From Oscillospiraceae bacterium (GTDB lineage Bacteria > Bacillota > Clostridia > UBA1212 > UBA1255): a stretch of DNA of 64,000 nt. The stretch covers positions 65,385-129,384 of the forward strand of contig SVJD01000002.1 in the NCBI GenBank assembly GCA_015069165.1. The letters run 5' to 3'. The translations under genes were made by a program, and so were the position numbers. This document shows, piece after piece, positions 37,491 to 47,047 of the stretch; position 1 is the first letter of the stretch, and each line of letters begins with the position of its first letter. Below the pieces are notes generated by a model that was not told the DNA's origin, made no database searches, and was given only the letters and a program-made list of their open reading frames with translations.

Positions 37491-37566
37491 GATCCATTAG
37501 CTCAGTCGGTAGAGCACCTGGCTTTTAATCAGGGTGTCCGGAGTTCGAGTCTCCGATGGATCACCA
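37491..37566 (+). tRNA. tRNA-Lys (anticodon UUU), CCA encoded
   Basis: Acceptor stem GATCCAT/ATGGATC. D-arm AGCTCAGTCGGTAGAGC. Anticodon stem CCTGG/TCAGG with loop CTTTTAA. T-arm CGGAGTTCGAGTCTCCG. 3' ACCA. Confidence 0.95.
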
Positions 37567-37568
37567 CG

Positions 37569-37610
37569 AAATCCGAATCTGTGCATTAAGCAGATTCGGA
37601 TTTTTCTTTA
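37569..37610 (+). terminator. Rho-independent terminator after tRNA-Lys
   Basis: AAATCCGAATCTG-tgcattaag-CAGATTCGGATTT followed by TTCTTT. Confidence 0.8.
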
Positions 37611-37656
37611 TATAAACAATTTATTATAATTCACGCAAATCAAAGGGGTATTTGAA

Positions 37657-38997
37657 ATGAGCGAGAAACAAAGTAACCAAAGAAAAATAGTAGAACCGTC
37701 TATACTTTCCGGTTTCATGGAACTTTTACCGAAAGAACAAATGGTTTTGACAAGAATGACAGATACAATCAAAAAGACTTTTGAAAGCTATGGATTTATT
37801 CCGCTTGATACACCTGTACTTGAAAAATCGGAAGTTTTACTTGCGAAAAGCGGCGGAGAAACTGCAAAACAAGTATATCGCTTTAACAAAGGCGACAGCG
37901 ATATCGCTATGAGATTTGACTTGACCGTTCCGCTTGCAAGATATGTAGCACAGCATTACGGCGAGCTTACATTCCCATTCAGACGTTACCACATAGGAAA
38001 GGTTTACAGAGGCGAGAAACCCCAAAAAGGAAGATTTCGTGAGTTTTATCAATGTGATATAGACATCATCGGCAACGGCTCTTTGGGTATTGTAAATGAT
38101 GCAGAAATCGTAAGCGTAATATTTTCTACTTTTAAAGCACTTAATATAGGTGCATTTAAGATTATGATAAATAACAGAAAATTGCTTAATGGTTATTTTG
38201 ATTATCTCAATATTGAAAATACTGTTGAAACTTTAAGAATTGTAGATAAAATTGACAAAATCGGCAGAGAGAACGTAAAAAAAGAACTTATAAAAGAAAT
38301 AAATGTTTCAGAAGAAATTGCCGATGCGGTTTTGGGATTTTTGGATAATTCAGGAAGTGTTTCCGATATTATTGCAAACCTGAAAACATATGAGATTGAA
38401 AACGAAACATTCCGTCAAGGACTTACAGAACTTGAAGCAGTTTGCGAAAACATAAAGGCTTTGGGGGTTGATGAAGAATATTTCACGGTAAATCTTAAGA
38501 TTGCAAGAGGTCTTGATTATTATACAGGTACTGTATATGAAACACTTCTTTGCGATTATCCTCAATTGGGCAGTATTTGTTCCGGTGGCAGATATGACGA
38601 GCTTGCTTCAAATTACACAAAGCAAAGTTTACCGGGAGTTGGTATTTCAATCGGACTTTCAAGACTTTTCTACCAGCTCAATGAAGTTGGCGCCATACAA
38701 TACGATAACAGATGTACACCTACGGAAATTTTATTTATTCCCATGAGTGACACCGTAACGTATACATTGGAAAAAGCTACTGAATTCAGAAATGCGGGAT
38801 ACTCTGTGGAAGTATATATGAATGACGGTAAGGTTTCCAAAAAGCTCACATATGCCAATAAATTGGGTATTCCTTATGCTGCGATTATCGGCGAAGACGA
38901 AATGAACAGCGGTGTGTTTAAGATAAAAGACATGATGAGCGGAGAGCAATTTGAGGTTTCAAGCTTGGAAGATGCTGCGAAAATCATAAAAAAATAA
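37657..38997 (+). CDS. hisS: Histidine--tRNA ligase
   Basis: Class II motifs: RFDLTVPLARY, FRRYHIGKVYRGEKPQKGRFREFYQCDIDIIG, GGRYDEL. C-terminal anticodon-binding domain. Confidence 0.9.
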   Translation: MSEKQSNQRKIVEPSILSGFMELLPKEQMVLTRMTDTIKKTFESYGFIPLDTPVLEKSEVLLAKSGGETAKQVYRFNKGDSDIAMRFDLTVPLARYVAQHYGELTFPFRRYHIGKVYRGEKPQKGRFREFYQCDIDIIGNGSLGIVNDAEIVSVIFSTFKALNIGAFKIMINNRKLLNGYFDYLNIENTVETLRIVDKIDKIGRENVKKELIKEINVSEEIADAVLGFLDNSGSVSDIIANLKTYEIENETFRQGLTELEAVCENIKALGVDEEYFTVNLKIARGLDYYTGTVYETLLCDYPQLGSICSGGRYDELASNYTKQSLPGVGISIGLSRLFYQLNEVGAIQYDNRCTPTEILFIPMSDTVTYTLEKATEFRNAGYSVEVYMNDGKVSKKLTYANKLGIPYAAIIGEDEMNSGVFKIKDMMSGEQFEVSSLEDAAKIIKK

Positions 38998-38999
38998 AT

Positions 39000-39028
39000 T
39001 TGACAATAAATTCAAATATATGTAAAAT
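39000..39028 (+). promoter_or_regulatory. SigA-type promoter candidate
   Basis: TTGACA (39000..39005), a 17-nt spacer, then TAAAAT (39023..39028). Confidence 0.45.
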
Positions 39029-39060
39029 TTATATGATTTCAGTTTAGAGGAGATTATAAA

Positions 39061-39564
39061 ATGAAGAAAAGATCATTACTTACTAATATTTTCGTTATTA
39101 CTTTAATGGTATCTATAGTGTTTGTGTTGTTGGCATTTTTTGAAATTTTCCCTGACAACATTCAACAACCCGTTTTATTGGTTTCAATGACATTGGCACT
39201 TCTTTCCGTTTTGCTTGTAGACATTGTATTCCCTTTGTTGGATAACATGGAAAGATTTAAGAGTGAAACTTCATATAAGGTTAAAACGGCTGCTAAAGTT
39301 GTTCTTTTTATTGTTGCAGTAGTTTTCCTCGTTCTTACAGTTAAGAGCGTTGGTATCTTCGGAAAGCAATTCGTAGGCATTGCATTGTTCTGCGTTGCAT
39401 ATTTGGCACAGTTCTTTATCGACCTTGATAAGAATAAAAATGCTCAAATCGAAGAAGATGAAGAAGATGAAGATGAAGATGAAGAAAATTCGAATGTTAT
39501 CGCTTTTGATGACGAAGACGAATTTGACAATAGTTACGATAATGAAGACGAAGACATTAAGTAA
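39061..39564 (+). CDS. Hypothetical 4-TM membrane protein with a poly-acidic C-terminal tail
   Basis: GAGGAG RBS. Four hydrophobic helices, then EEDEEDEDEDEENSNVIAFDDEDEFDNSYDNEDEDIK. Confidence 0.55.
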   Translation: MKKRSLLTNIFVITLMVSIVFVLLAFFEIFPDNIQQPVLLVSMTLALLSVLLVDIVFPLLDNMERFKSETSYKVKTAAKVVLFIVAVVFLVLTVKSVGIFGKQFVGIALFCVAYLAQFFIDLDKNKNAQIEEDEEDEDEDEENSNVIAFDDEDEFDNSYDNEDEDIK

Positions 39565-40844
39565 GCTGTAATCGTTTCGCCGTCAGTTGAAACAGGAACA
39601 ACATACGCACAAGTTCCGCTTAAGTTTTTATCTGACGGACAACTAAATTCAATGAAATTATCGGAATGTCCTTTGAGAATACCTTCTTTATAGGTTTCGA
39701 AAAGGACATTTGCTTTTTGGCCGGAATTTATAAATTCATTAAGTAAATCATTTTTTATTTCAGACTGAATTTTTGCAAGCAAAGCTGCACGCTCTTTTTT
39801 CTTCTCGGGCGAAATTTGATTTTCCATTACTGCGGCTTCTGTACCCTCTCTTTGAGAATAAGGGAATATGTGCAGATGTAAAAAACGCACGGATTGAATG
39901 AAATTTATCGTATCATTGAAATCTTCGTCCGTTTCTCCGGGGAAACCTACAATTACATCGGCAAAGAGATTGCAATTCGGGAAAACAGATTTTAAATATA
40001 AAATTCTTTCTAAAGCCCTTTGGGCATTATATTTTCTTCGCATGGCGGCAAGAATTTTGCTTGAACCGTTTTGAAGAGATATATGAAAATGGGGACAGAG
40101 CTTTTTTATGCCCGCAAGAGAATCTACAAGCTCCTTTGAAAGGAAAAAGGGGTCAAGAGAACCTAAACGTATACGTTCCAAACCATCAATTTTATCTATT
40201 TCTTGCAAAAGTTTTATAAAATCAAATTGATAAGACGAAATTTCAATACCGGTTAAAACAACTTCTTTACAGCCTCCCGCAACCAGCAAGGAAATCTCTT
40301 TTAAAATATCTTGGCGTGGTTTTGAACGAACCGGTCCGCGAGCTTTCGGAATAATGCAATAAGCACATCTTGAACTGCAACCGTCTTCGATTTTTATATA
40401 TGCACGTGTCCTTTTGAAAGTATTTATAAAACACTCTTGTAACGTATCGGAAAAAGGTAAAACTCGTATCTCAGCATGCGTTCTTTCGCAGCTGTACATA
40501 TCCATTATTTGCTTTGCTATGGAAATTTTGTCTTCGTTGCCTGTTATAAGTGCAACACCCGGAATTTCAGCGAATTTTTCCGGTTCGCGCTGTGCCAAAC
40601 AACCTGTAACAGCAACAAAAGCATCGGGGTTTCTTCTAAGTGCTCTGCGGACATTTTTTAACGCCTTGCGGTCGCTGTCGGCAGTTACGGTGCAAGAATT
40701 TATTACATAAATATCACATATATCTTCAAAGGGTTTTATTTCAACCCCCATAGAAGAAAGTGATTCTGCAATAGCTTCACTTTCGTATAAATTAACTTTG
40801 CATCCCAATGTAAAAATAGCTGCTGTCAGTTGTTTTTTGTTCAT
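39534..40844 (-). CDS. mtaB: tRNA t6A37 methylthiotransferase MtaB (radical SAM)
   Basis: N-terminal FTLGCKVNLYESE (MtaB-type UPF0004 domain). Radical-SAM CSSRCAYC. 436 aa. Confidence 0.8.
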   Translation of the reverse strand: MNKKQLTAAIFTLGCKVNLYESEAIAESLSSMGVEIKPFEDICDIYVINSCTVTADSDRKALKNVRRALRRNPDAFVAVTGCLAQREPEKFAEIPGVALITGNEDKISIAKQIMDMYSCERTHAEIRVLPFSDTLQECFINTFKRTRAYIKIEDGCSSRCAYCIIPKARGPVRSKPRQDILKEISLLVAGGCKEVVLTGIEISSYQFDFIKLLQEIDKIDGLERIRLGSLDPFFLSKELVDSLAGIKKLCPHFHISLQNGSSKILAAMRRKYNAQRALERILYLKSVFPNCNLFADVIVGFPGETDEDFNDTINFIQSVRFLHLHIFPYSQREGTEAAVMENQISPEKKKERAALLAKIQSEIKNDLLNEFINSGQKANVLFETYKEGILKGHSDNFIEFSCPSDKNLSGTCAYVVPVSTDGETITAYLMSSSSLS

Positions 40845-40911
40845 AAAAAATCCTTTTATCTGTAATATTTTCGACGAGTAAAATTATAGGCAAGTAAGCA
40901 GGCGTTGTCAA

Positions 40912-40940
40912 TTGACATAAAAAATAAAAGCTATTATACT
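40912..40940 (+). promoter_or_regulatory. SigA-type promoter candidate for the DUF881 gene pair
   Basis: TTGACA (40912..40917), a 17-nt spacer, then TATACT (40935..40940). Confidence 0.5.
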
Positions 40941-40980
40941 GTAGAAATAATGCTATACTTTGGCAGGGGAGTAAATAAGC

Positions 40981-41730
40981 GTGGAAGCAAACAAAAAAAA
41001 TACAAACAAAAAAAGTATGTTGATTGTAATGTTGGTTTTTACATTACTCGGTATTGTTTTTGCGCTTCAATTCAGGTCAGTTGCCCATACGCAAAAAACT
41101 CAAAATGAAAAGACTTCCGCAGAGATTTTGCAATATCAAAAAACAATCGAAGAACTTGAGAAAAAAATAAATGACAATAAAGAAACAAAAGAAGCTCTTG
41201 AAACTCGATATGATTCGGAAATGGATTACTTATACAATAACGAAAAGCAGTTTTATGAGCTATATAAGAAATACGAAACTGATATAGCACAGTACAGATT
41301 TAATGCAGGTCTTACAACAGTTTCCGGCAGCGGAATAGACATAGGACTCGATGACGCCCCCACACGGTATGAATTGACGCCCGGACTTCTCGTTCACGAC
41401 ATATATTTGAATGAAATAATAAATACTTTGAGATTGGCGGGAGCGCAAGCGATTTCCGTAAACGGAGAAAGAATTGTATCGATGAGCGAAACACTTTGCG
41501 TAGGTCCGAGTATACGAATAAATAATACAAAGCTTTTTGCTCCGTATCATATACAGGCAATAGGCGACCCGCAGGAATTGATGGCGGCATTTAAGACCAG
41601 CTCGATATACTCGATTATGATAAAAGAAAACTTGATTGTAGACCCCGTTATTAAAGATAACATTACAATAAAAAAATACAGCAAATCATATTTGTCATCG
41701 ATTGATAAGCTGAGTGACATAGGAGAATAA
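40981..41730 (+). CDS. DUF881-domain protein (YlxW/YlxX-like, division/sporulation-associated)
   Basis: GTG start after GGGGAG. N-terminal TM, coiled coil, then a C-terminal motif LRLAGAQAISVNGERI typical of DUF881. Confidence 0.7.
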   Translation: MEANKKNTNKKSMLIVMLVFTLLGIVFALQFRSVAHTQKTQNEKTSAEILQYQKTIEELEKKINDNKETKEALETRYDSEMDYLYNNEKQFYELYKKYETDIAQYRFNAGLTTVSGSGIDIGLDDAPTRYELTPGLLVHDIYLNEIINTLRLAGAQAISVNGERIVSMSETLCVGPSIRINNTKLFAPYHIQAIGDPQELMAAFKTSSIYSIMIKENLIVDPVIKDNITIKKYSKSYLSSIDKLSDIGE

Positions 41731-41731
41731 A

Positions 41732-42448
41732 ATGGAAGAAAATAAAAAGAAAACAGCCTCTATAGTATACAATGTTGCGCTTACGGTAGTTTGTATTGTA
41801 TTGGGCATAGTTATTTCCGTGCAGTACAGAAGTTTAAGTGCATCGGGCAGTGCTTCGGCAGACGCGGAGAAAATTGCAATGTATCAATCTAACATACTTA
41901 AACTTGAGCAAGAACTCAATACTTTGGAAACAGAAAACGAAGAACTTTCAGATAAAGTTGAACTTTTGGAAAGTGCAACAAATGAAGAGCAAATAGAAAA
42001 GTTGTCAGAAGAATTAAATAATATCAAAAAGTTCTCAGGTGTTACAAAGGTTGAAGGAGAAGGTTTGTACATTTCTATTTCTTTAAAAGGCGAAATGCTT
42101 TCGGCAACTCTCCAACGCCATTTGCTCAGCTTGATTAACGAATTGAAGGCCAGCTCGGCACAGGCAATTTCCATAAACGGAGAAAGACTTACGGCAATGT
42201 CAGAAATAAGAATAGTAGGACAATACGTAATTATTAACGGACGTCAACATTCAGCACCGTTTGAAATATATGCAATAGGTGAGCCTGAGAAACTCTACAG
42301 CGGTGTTTATTTGAATGGCACAGGGCCTTTGGGGGTATTGAACAAAGAGAAAGCTTGCGAAGTTTCATGGCAAATGCGCGAGAATATTGTTTTGGAAGGT
42401 TGTAATCCCCTTGACATAAATACAGATATGCTCAAAAACGCAGAATAA
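41732..42448 (+). CDS. DUF881-domain protein (second paralog)
   Basis: Same architecture as the gene above. LKASSAQAISINGERLT. Confidence 0.7.
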   Translation: MEENKKKTASIVYNVALTVVCIVLGIVISVQYRSLSASGSASADAEKIAMYQSNILKLEQELNTLETENEELSDKVELLESATNEEQIEKLSEELNNIKKFSGVTKVEGEGLYISISLKGEMLSATLQRHLLSLINELKASSAQAISINGERLTAMSEIRIVGQYVIINGRQHSAPFEIYAIGEPEKLYSGVYLNGTGPLGVLNKEKACEVSWQMRENIVLEGCNPLDINTDMLKNAE

Positions 42449-42532
42449 ACAAACGAGTTTTAAACGTCATAAAGTGCGGCTCTTCAGAATAGATATTGTA
42501 CGAACAATATCGAAAGGAAGTGCCGTTTTTTT

Positions 42533-43363
42533 ATGCGTTCAAAATTATTTATTGCAATGCCGGTTATATTGCTGATGTTACTTCTTGCATATCCTATATT
42601 AAAGGTGTCGGGGATAATAGAAGGAAGTAACGCTGACAAATATTCCGTAGAAATAGTACAGACTGCCACGAAAGCCGATAAGTCGGTTTGCAGATGGGGA
42701 TTAAGCCGAGGAAAAAATGGGGCCATTCCCGAAGCCGGGAAAGACGATGTGGAAATTTTGCTTAAAGGCGGAGGAATGTACTTAGGAGATATTAACGAAA
42801 ACAGAATGTATCTTACGTTTGATGAAGGTTACGAAAACGGCTATACAGAAGCTATACTCGATACGCTCAAAGAAGAAAATGTAAAAGCAATATTTTTTAT
42901 AACCGGAGATTATTTTGAAAAAAATGATGCCATTATAAGACGAATGCTGGCAGAAGGTCACAGCGTGGGAAATCATTCTTTGAATCATTACTCAATGCCG
43001 GAATTGTCATACGATAAATGTGAAAGTGAAATTTTGGAGCTCGACAGGCTTTTTTATAATAAATTCGGGCAGCACATGAGTTTTTTCAGACCGCCAAAGG
43101 GAGAGTACAATGCCCAGGTGTTGGATATTACAAAGAAACTTAACTATAAATGTGTTATGTGGAGTTTTGCGTATCAAGATTGGCTGACAGATTCACAAAA
43201 GGGGGCAGATTATGCACTTAAAACAGTCAGTGACAACTTCCATGATGGAGCAATTATATTACTTCACGCAGTGTCAAAGGATAATGCAGATGCGCTGTCT
43301 GCAATAATTCGCGAAGCAAGAAAACAAGGGTATGAGTTTGGAGAGCCGGAGGAGTTAAAATGA
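42533..43363 (+). CDS. Polysaccharide deacetylase family sporulation protein (PdaA/PdaB-like)
   Basis: NodB-domain motifs: LTFDEGYENGYT, HSVGNHSLNH, ILLHA. Confidence 0.75.
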   Translation: MRSKLFIAMPVILLMLLLAYPILKVSGIIEGSNADKYSVEIVQTATKADKSVCRWGLSRGKNGAIPEAGKDDVEILLKGGGMYLGDINENRMYLTFDEGYENGYTEAILDTLKEENVKAIFFITGDYFEKNDAIIRRMLAEGHSVGNHSLNHYSMPELSYDKCESEILELDRLFYNKFGQHMSFFRPPKGEYNAQVLDITKKLNYKCVMWSFAYQDWLTDSQKGADYALKTVSDNFHDGAIILLHAVSKDNADALSAIIREARKQGYEFGEPEELK

Positions 43364-43566
43364 GCATTCCGTCAATAAGATTATATGGCAACCGCAAGGT
43401 GCAAGTTATTACGCATAAAGGAATTTGTTCTTGCAGTGACAGACATATTGAGATATTCAGTATAGCCGGAATAATTTGTGTTTGCGGGAAAAACTTGGAA
43501 ATTATGGAAATTACAGACGAATATTTATGCATAAAAGGCACGATAGAGGGGATTTCGTACAAATAA
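43360..43566 (+). CDS. yqfC: Sporulation protein YqfC (YabP family)
   Basis: Small protein with a YabP-like pattern (IRLYGNRKVQVITHKGI...IEIFS...ICVCGKNLEIMEIT...LCIKGTIEGISY). Immediately precedes yqfD. Confidence 0.75.
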   Translation: MSIPSIRLYGNRKVQVITHKGICSCSDRHIEIFSIAGIICVCGKNLEIMEITDEYLCIKGTIEGISYK

Positions 43567-43581
43567 CAACGGAGAAGTGGT

Positions 43582-44766
43582 ATGTACAAGGTTTTAAGTT
43601 ATGTTCAGAATTACGTTAAAATAAAAATAACGGGAGCAAGACCGCAAAAATTTATCAATATTTGCTTGAGAAGACGAATTGCAATATGGGAGCTTACACA
43701 AATTTCCGAGAATGAATTTACAATGTGCATGCTTGTTTCGGAATATTTGAGAAACGTTCGCAGTGCGGCGGCAAAAGCAGGCGTAAAGGTGTGCGTGCTG
43801 GAAAAAGAAGGTTTGCGCTATACTTTAAGACGATATAAATCAAGAAAAGCATTTGTGATAATTTCTATACTTCTCTGCGCTTTGTTTGTGGTTGCAAGTT
43901 CAATGGTTTGGAATATTACAATAGAAGGGGCAGATGCGATTTCAAGGCAGAATACTAAGGCGCTCGTTGCTTCTTTGGGAGTAAAAAGAGGTACATTCAT
44001 GTCAAACATTAACTCCCGCGCATTGGCAGAGCAGCTTTTATCAAAGCAGAGTAATCTTTGCTGGGTGGGAGTAAAGAAAAGAGGAATGACTCTTTGCATA
44101 GAAATAGAAGAAGGAACATACTACGAAAGCAAAACGAGCGAGGATATTCCGTATGATGAGCCGTGTGATATAGCCGTGTCGAAAGATTGTCTGCTAAGTA
44201 AAGTGACAGTCGAACAAGGAGTGCAGAAAATTGAGACGGGTAGTACCGCCCTTGCAGGGCAGGTCGTAGTGTCGGGAGAGGGAAAACACGCAAAGGCGAA
44301 AATAATGGGCTGTGTGTGGTATAAAGCAGAGGTTCCGATAGAAAAAGAAACAACGGAGCTGGTGTATACGGGTAAAGAAAAAAAGGAAAAAGCTCTTTTG
44401 GTTTTCGGCATGAAATTGGAGATGCCTTCTTGGAAGTGGCTTCCGTGGAATTGGGGGAAGGAAACTTTTGAAAGCTATGACAGTGTTTACAGTGAAAAAT
44501 TTTTTGGTAAAAATGGAGATTTTCCGATAGGAACGGCGCAAATGATAAAAAAACAAACTGCATGGGTTACGAGGGAAATGACCGAAGAAGAAACTTTGAT
44601 GAAAGCAAGAGCAGAGGCAATCACAACACTTGATGCGGTAATAGATGATGAAAGTGAGATTTTAAACACGAAATGGGAAATTGTAAATAAAAACGGCGAG
44701 TTTTTTTACAGAGTGACCGCCGAGGTTTTGGAAGAAGTGGGAATTATTGTTTCTGCACAAAATTAA
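43582..44766 (+). CDS. yqfD: Sporulation protein YqfD
   Basis: N-terminus YVKIKITGARPQKFINICLRRRIAIWEL, a central TM helix, length 394 aa and synteny with yqfC. Confidence 0.8.
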   Translation: MYKVLSYVQNYVKIKITGARPQKFINICLRRRIAIWELTQISENEFTMCMLVSEYLRNVRSAAAKAGVKVCVLEKEGLRYTLRRYKSRKAFVIISILLCALFVVASSMVWNITIEGADAISRQNTKALVASLGVKRGTFMSNINSRALAEQLLSKQSNLCWVGVKKRGMTLCIEIEEGTYYESKTSEDIPYDEPCDIAVSKDCLLSKVTVEQGVQKIETGSTALAGQVVVSGEGKHAKAKIMGCVWYKAEVPIEKETTELVYTGKEKKEKALLVFGMKLEMPSWKWLPWNWGKETFESYDSVYSEKFFGKNGDFPIGTAQMIKKQTAWVTREMTEEETLMKARAEAITTLDAVIDDESEILNTKWEIVNKNGEFFYRVTAEVLEEVGIIVSAQN

Positions 44767-44767
44767 A

Positions 44768-44796
44768 TTGACATAAAAGAAGGGAAGTGATAAACT
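44768..44796 (+). promoter_or_regulatory. SigA-type promoter candidate
   Basis: TTGACA (44768..44773), a 17-nt spacer, then TAAACT (44791..44796). Confidence 0.4.
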
Positions 44797-44841
44797 AAAT
44801 GACATATTATTGAACGGAAAACTGAATTAGGAGGAATGTAC

Positions 44842-46911
44842 ATGAAAAGTTCTGATTTAAGAAATGTCGTGCTTTTGGGGCATGGCGGAATGGGTAAAAC
44901 ATCTTTGGCAGAGGCCATGTTATATAATGCGGGTGCTATTGACCGCTTGGGAAGAGTAAGTGAAGGTAATACTGTTCTTGACTGCGACCCTGAGGAAATC
45001 CGCAGAAAAGCTTCTGTAAGTCTTTCTATAGCTCCTTTTGACTGGAGAGGTTCTACAGTAAATATTATTGATACTCCGGGATATTTTGATTTTGCAGGCG
45101 AAATGCTTGAGGGCGTTTCCGTTGTAGATTCTGCTGTAATCGTTGTTTCTTCTACTATGACGGTAGGAACTGAAAAAGCGTGGGAATTTGCAAACAGCAG
45201 AAATATACCGAGAGTGATTTTTGTAAATAAAATGCATGATGAGAATGCTGATTTTGATAAGATTTACGCAGAGCTTAAAGAAATGCTCGGTAAACCATGT
45301 GTTGCGCTTCAGCTTCCCATAAGAAAGAACGGGAAGCTCGTAGGTGTTGTAGACGGCATTTCGCTGCAAGCCAGAGTTTTTGATGATTTCGGAAATCTTG
45401 TAGACGGAGAACTTCCTGCGGATATGGTTGAAAGAGCAGAAGAAATTCATATGAATTTATCTGAAATTGTTGCTGAAACAGATCCTGAACTTATGGAAAA
45501 ATTCTTCGGCGGAGAGCGCTTTACAAGAGAGGAAATAATAAAAGGCCTTAAAGTTGCAATCAATAACTGTACATGTGCACCGGTACTTTTGGGTTCCTCT
45601 TATGAAAATGTGGGTGTAAAGAAGCTTATGGACTTTATAGTGGATTACATGCCTTCTCCGCTTGAGAGAACAATCCTTGATTATACAGATGCAGACGGCA
45701 ACGCATTACAAATGAAACCTGATCCGGACGGACATCCTACATTATTTGTATATAAAACAATCGCGGATCCATTCGTTGGTCGTTTGTCACTCTTCAGAGT
45801 TTGCTCCGGAACAATGACCCCCGACACCATAATGTACAATGCAAACAAGGGTGCAGACGAAAAAATCGGACAAATATTCGTATTGCGCGGACGTAAACAG
45901 ATTCCTGTAAAAGAGCTTGTTTGCGGAGATTTGGGAGCTGTTGCGAAATTAAGCGTTACAACTACAAACGATACTTTGGGATCCAAAACAAAGCCTATTA
46001 TAATTTCGGCAACTCCTTTCCCGGAGCCGCAACTTACTTTGGGAATTGTACCTAAATCCAGAGGCGATGAAGAAAAAATCAGTGCAGGCATTTCGAAATT
46101 AAAAGACGAAGATCCTGTTATTCAGTTTAATATTAACAAAGAAACAGGCCAAATGCTCGTTTCCGGTTTGGGTGACCAGCATATCGATACAATAGTAAGT
46201 AAACTTAAAACTCGTTACGGCGTTGAGGTAGAATTGGAAGATCCCAAGATTCCGTACAGAGAAACAATAAAAAAGAAAGTTTCCGCAGAAGGACTCCACA
46301 AGAAACAATCCGGTGGCGCAGGTCAGTACGGTAAAGTAGTTATCGAATTCGAGCCCGGTGAAAATCCGGAATTGGAATTCTGTGAGAAAGTTTTCGGCGG
46401 CGCAGTACCGAAGCAATTTTTCCCGTCAGTTGAAAAAGGTCTCCAAGAAAGCGTTAAAAAAGGTGCTTTGGCAGGATATCCTGTGGTAAATCTCAAAGCT
46501 ACATTGGTAGATGGTAAATATCACCCTGTTGACTCAAAAGAAGTTGCGTTCGTTTCTGCAGCAAAGATTGCGTTTAAAGCTGCAATGAAAGATGCAAAAC
46601 CCGTTTTGCTTGAACCTGTGTATAGTATGAATATATACGTTCCCGAACGTTATATGGGCGATATAATGGGAGATATGAATAAACGCCGCGGACGCGTTTT
46701 GGGAATGAATCCGATGGACAATAATATGCAGGAAATAGTTGCCGAAGCTCCGTATTCCGAAGTATTTAAGTATGCCGTAGATCTTCGATCTATGACTCAG
46801 GCAAGAGGCTCTTTCAAGATGGAATTTGTAAGATATGAGGAAGTACCCGAAAGCATTGCAAAGAAAATTGTTGATGAAGCCAAGAAAAATATGAGTGATG
46901 ACGAAGATTAA
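44842..46911 (+). CDS. Elongation factor G paralog (EF-G2-like translational GTPase)
   Basis: AGGAGGA at 44829..44835 favours the ATG at 44842. G1 GHGGMGKTS and G3 DTPG. EF-G domains II-V are recognisable. The G4 motif reads NKMH rather than NKMD. Confidence 0.8.
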   Translation: MKSSDLRNVVLLGHGGMGKTSLAEAMLYNAGAIDRLGRVSEGNTVLDCDPEEIRRKASVSLSIAPFDWRGSTVNIIDTPGYFDFAGEMLEGVSVVDSAVIVVSSTMTVGTEKAWEFANSRNIPRVIFVNKMHDENADFDKIYAELKEMLGKPCVALQLPIRKNGKLVGVVDGISLQARVFDDFGNLVDGELPADMVERAEEIHMNLSEIVAETDPELMEKFFGGERFTREEIIKGLKVAINNCTCAPVLLGSSYENVGVKKLMDFIVDYMPSPLERTILDYTDADGNALQMKPDPDGHPTLFVYKTIADPFVGRLSLFRVCSGTMTPDTIMYNANKGADEKIGQIFVLRGRKQIPVKELVCGDLGAVAKLSVTTTNDTLGSKTKPIIISATPFPEPQLTLGIVPKSRGDEEKISAGISKLKDEDPVIQFNINKETGQMLVSGLGDQHIDTIVSKLKTRYGVEVELEDPKIPYRETIKKKVSAEGLHKKQSGGAGQYGKVVIEFEPGENPELEFCEKVFGGAVPKQFFPSVEKGLQESVKKGALAGYPVVNLKATLVDGKYHPVDSKEVAFVSAAKIAFKAAMKDAKPVLLEPVYSMNIYVPERYMGDIMGDMNKRRGRVLGMNPMDNNMQEIVAEAPYSEVFKYAVDLRSMTQARGSFKMEFVRYEEVPESIAKKIVDEAKKNMSDDED

Positions 46912-46944
46912 TCCTAAAAAGCTACCTTAAAACGCAATAAACAT

Positions 46945-46973
46945 TTGACATAATTGCAACGATTTAATAAAAT
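46945..46973 (+). promoter_or_regulatory. SigA-type promoter candidate for citrate synthase
   Basis: TTGACA (46945..46950), a 17-nt spacer, then TAAAAT (46968..46973). Confidence 0.45.
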
Positions 46974-47047
46974 AAGCTATTATACTTATGCTTTCATACA
47001 ATGGGCTAAGAGTATAATAGTTTATTTGTTTGTTGGAGGAAATTAAA

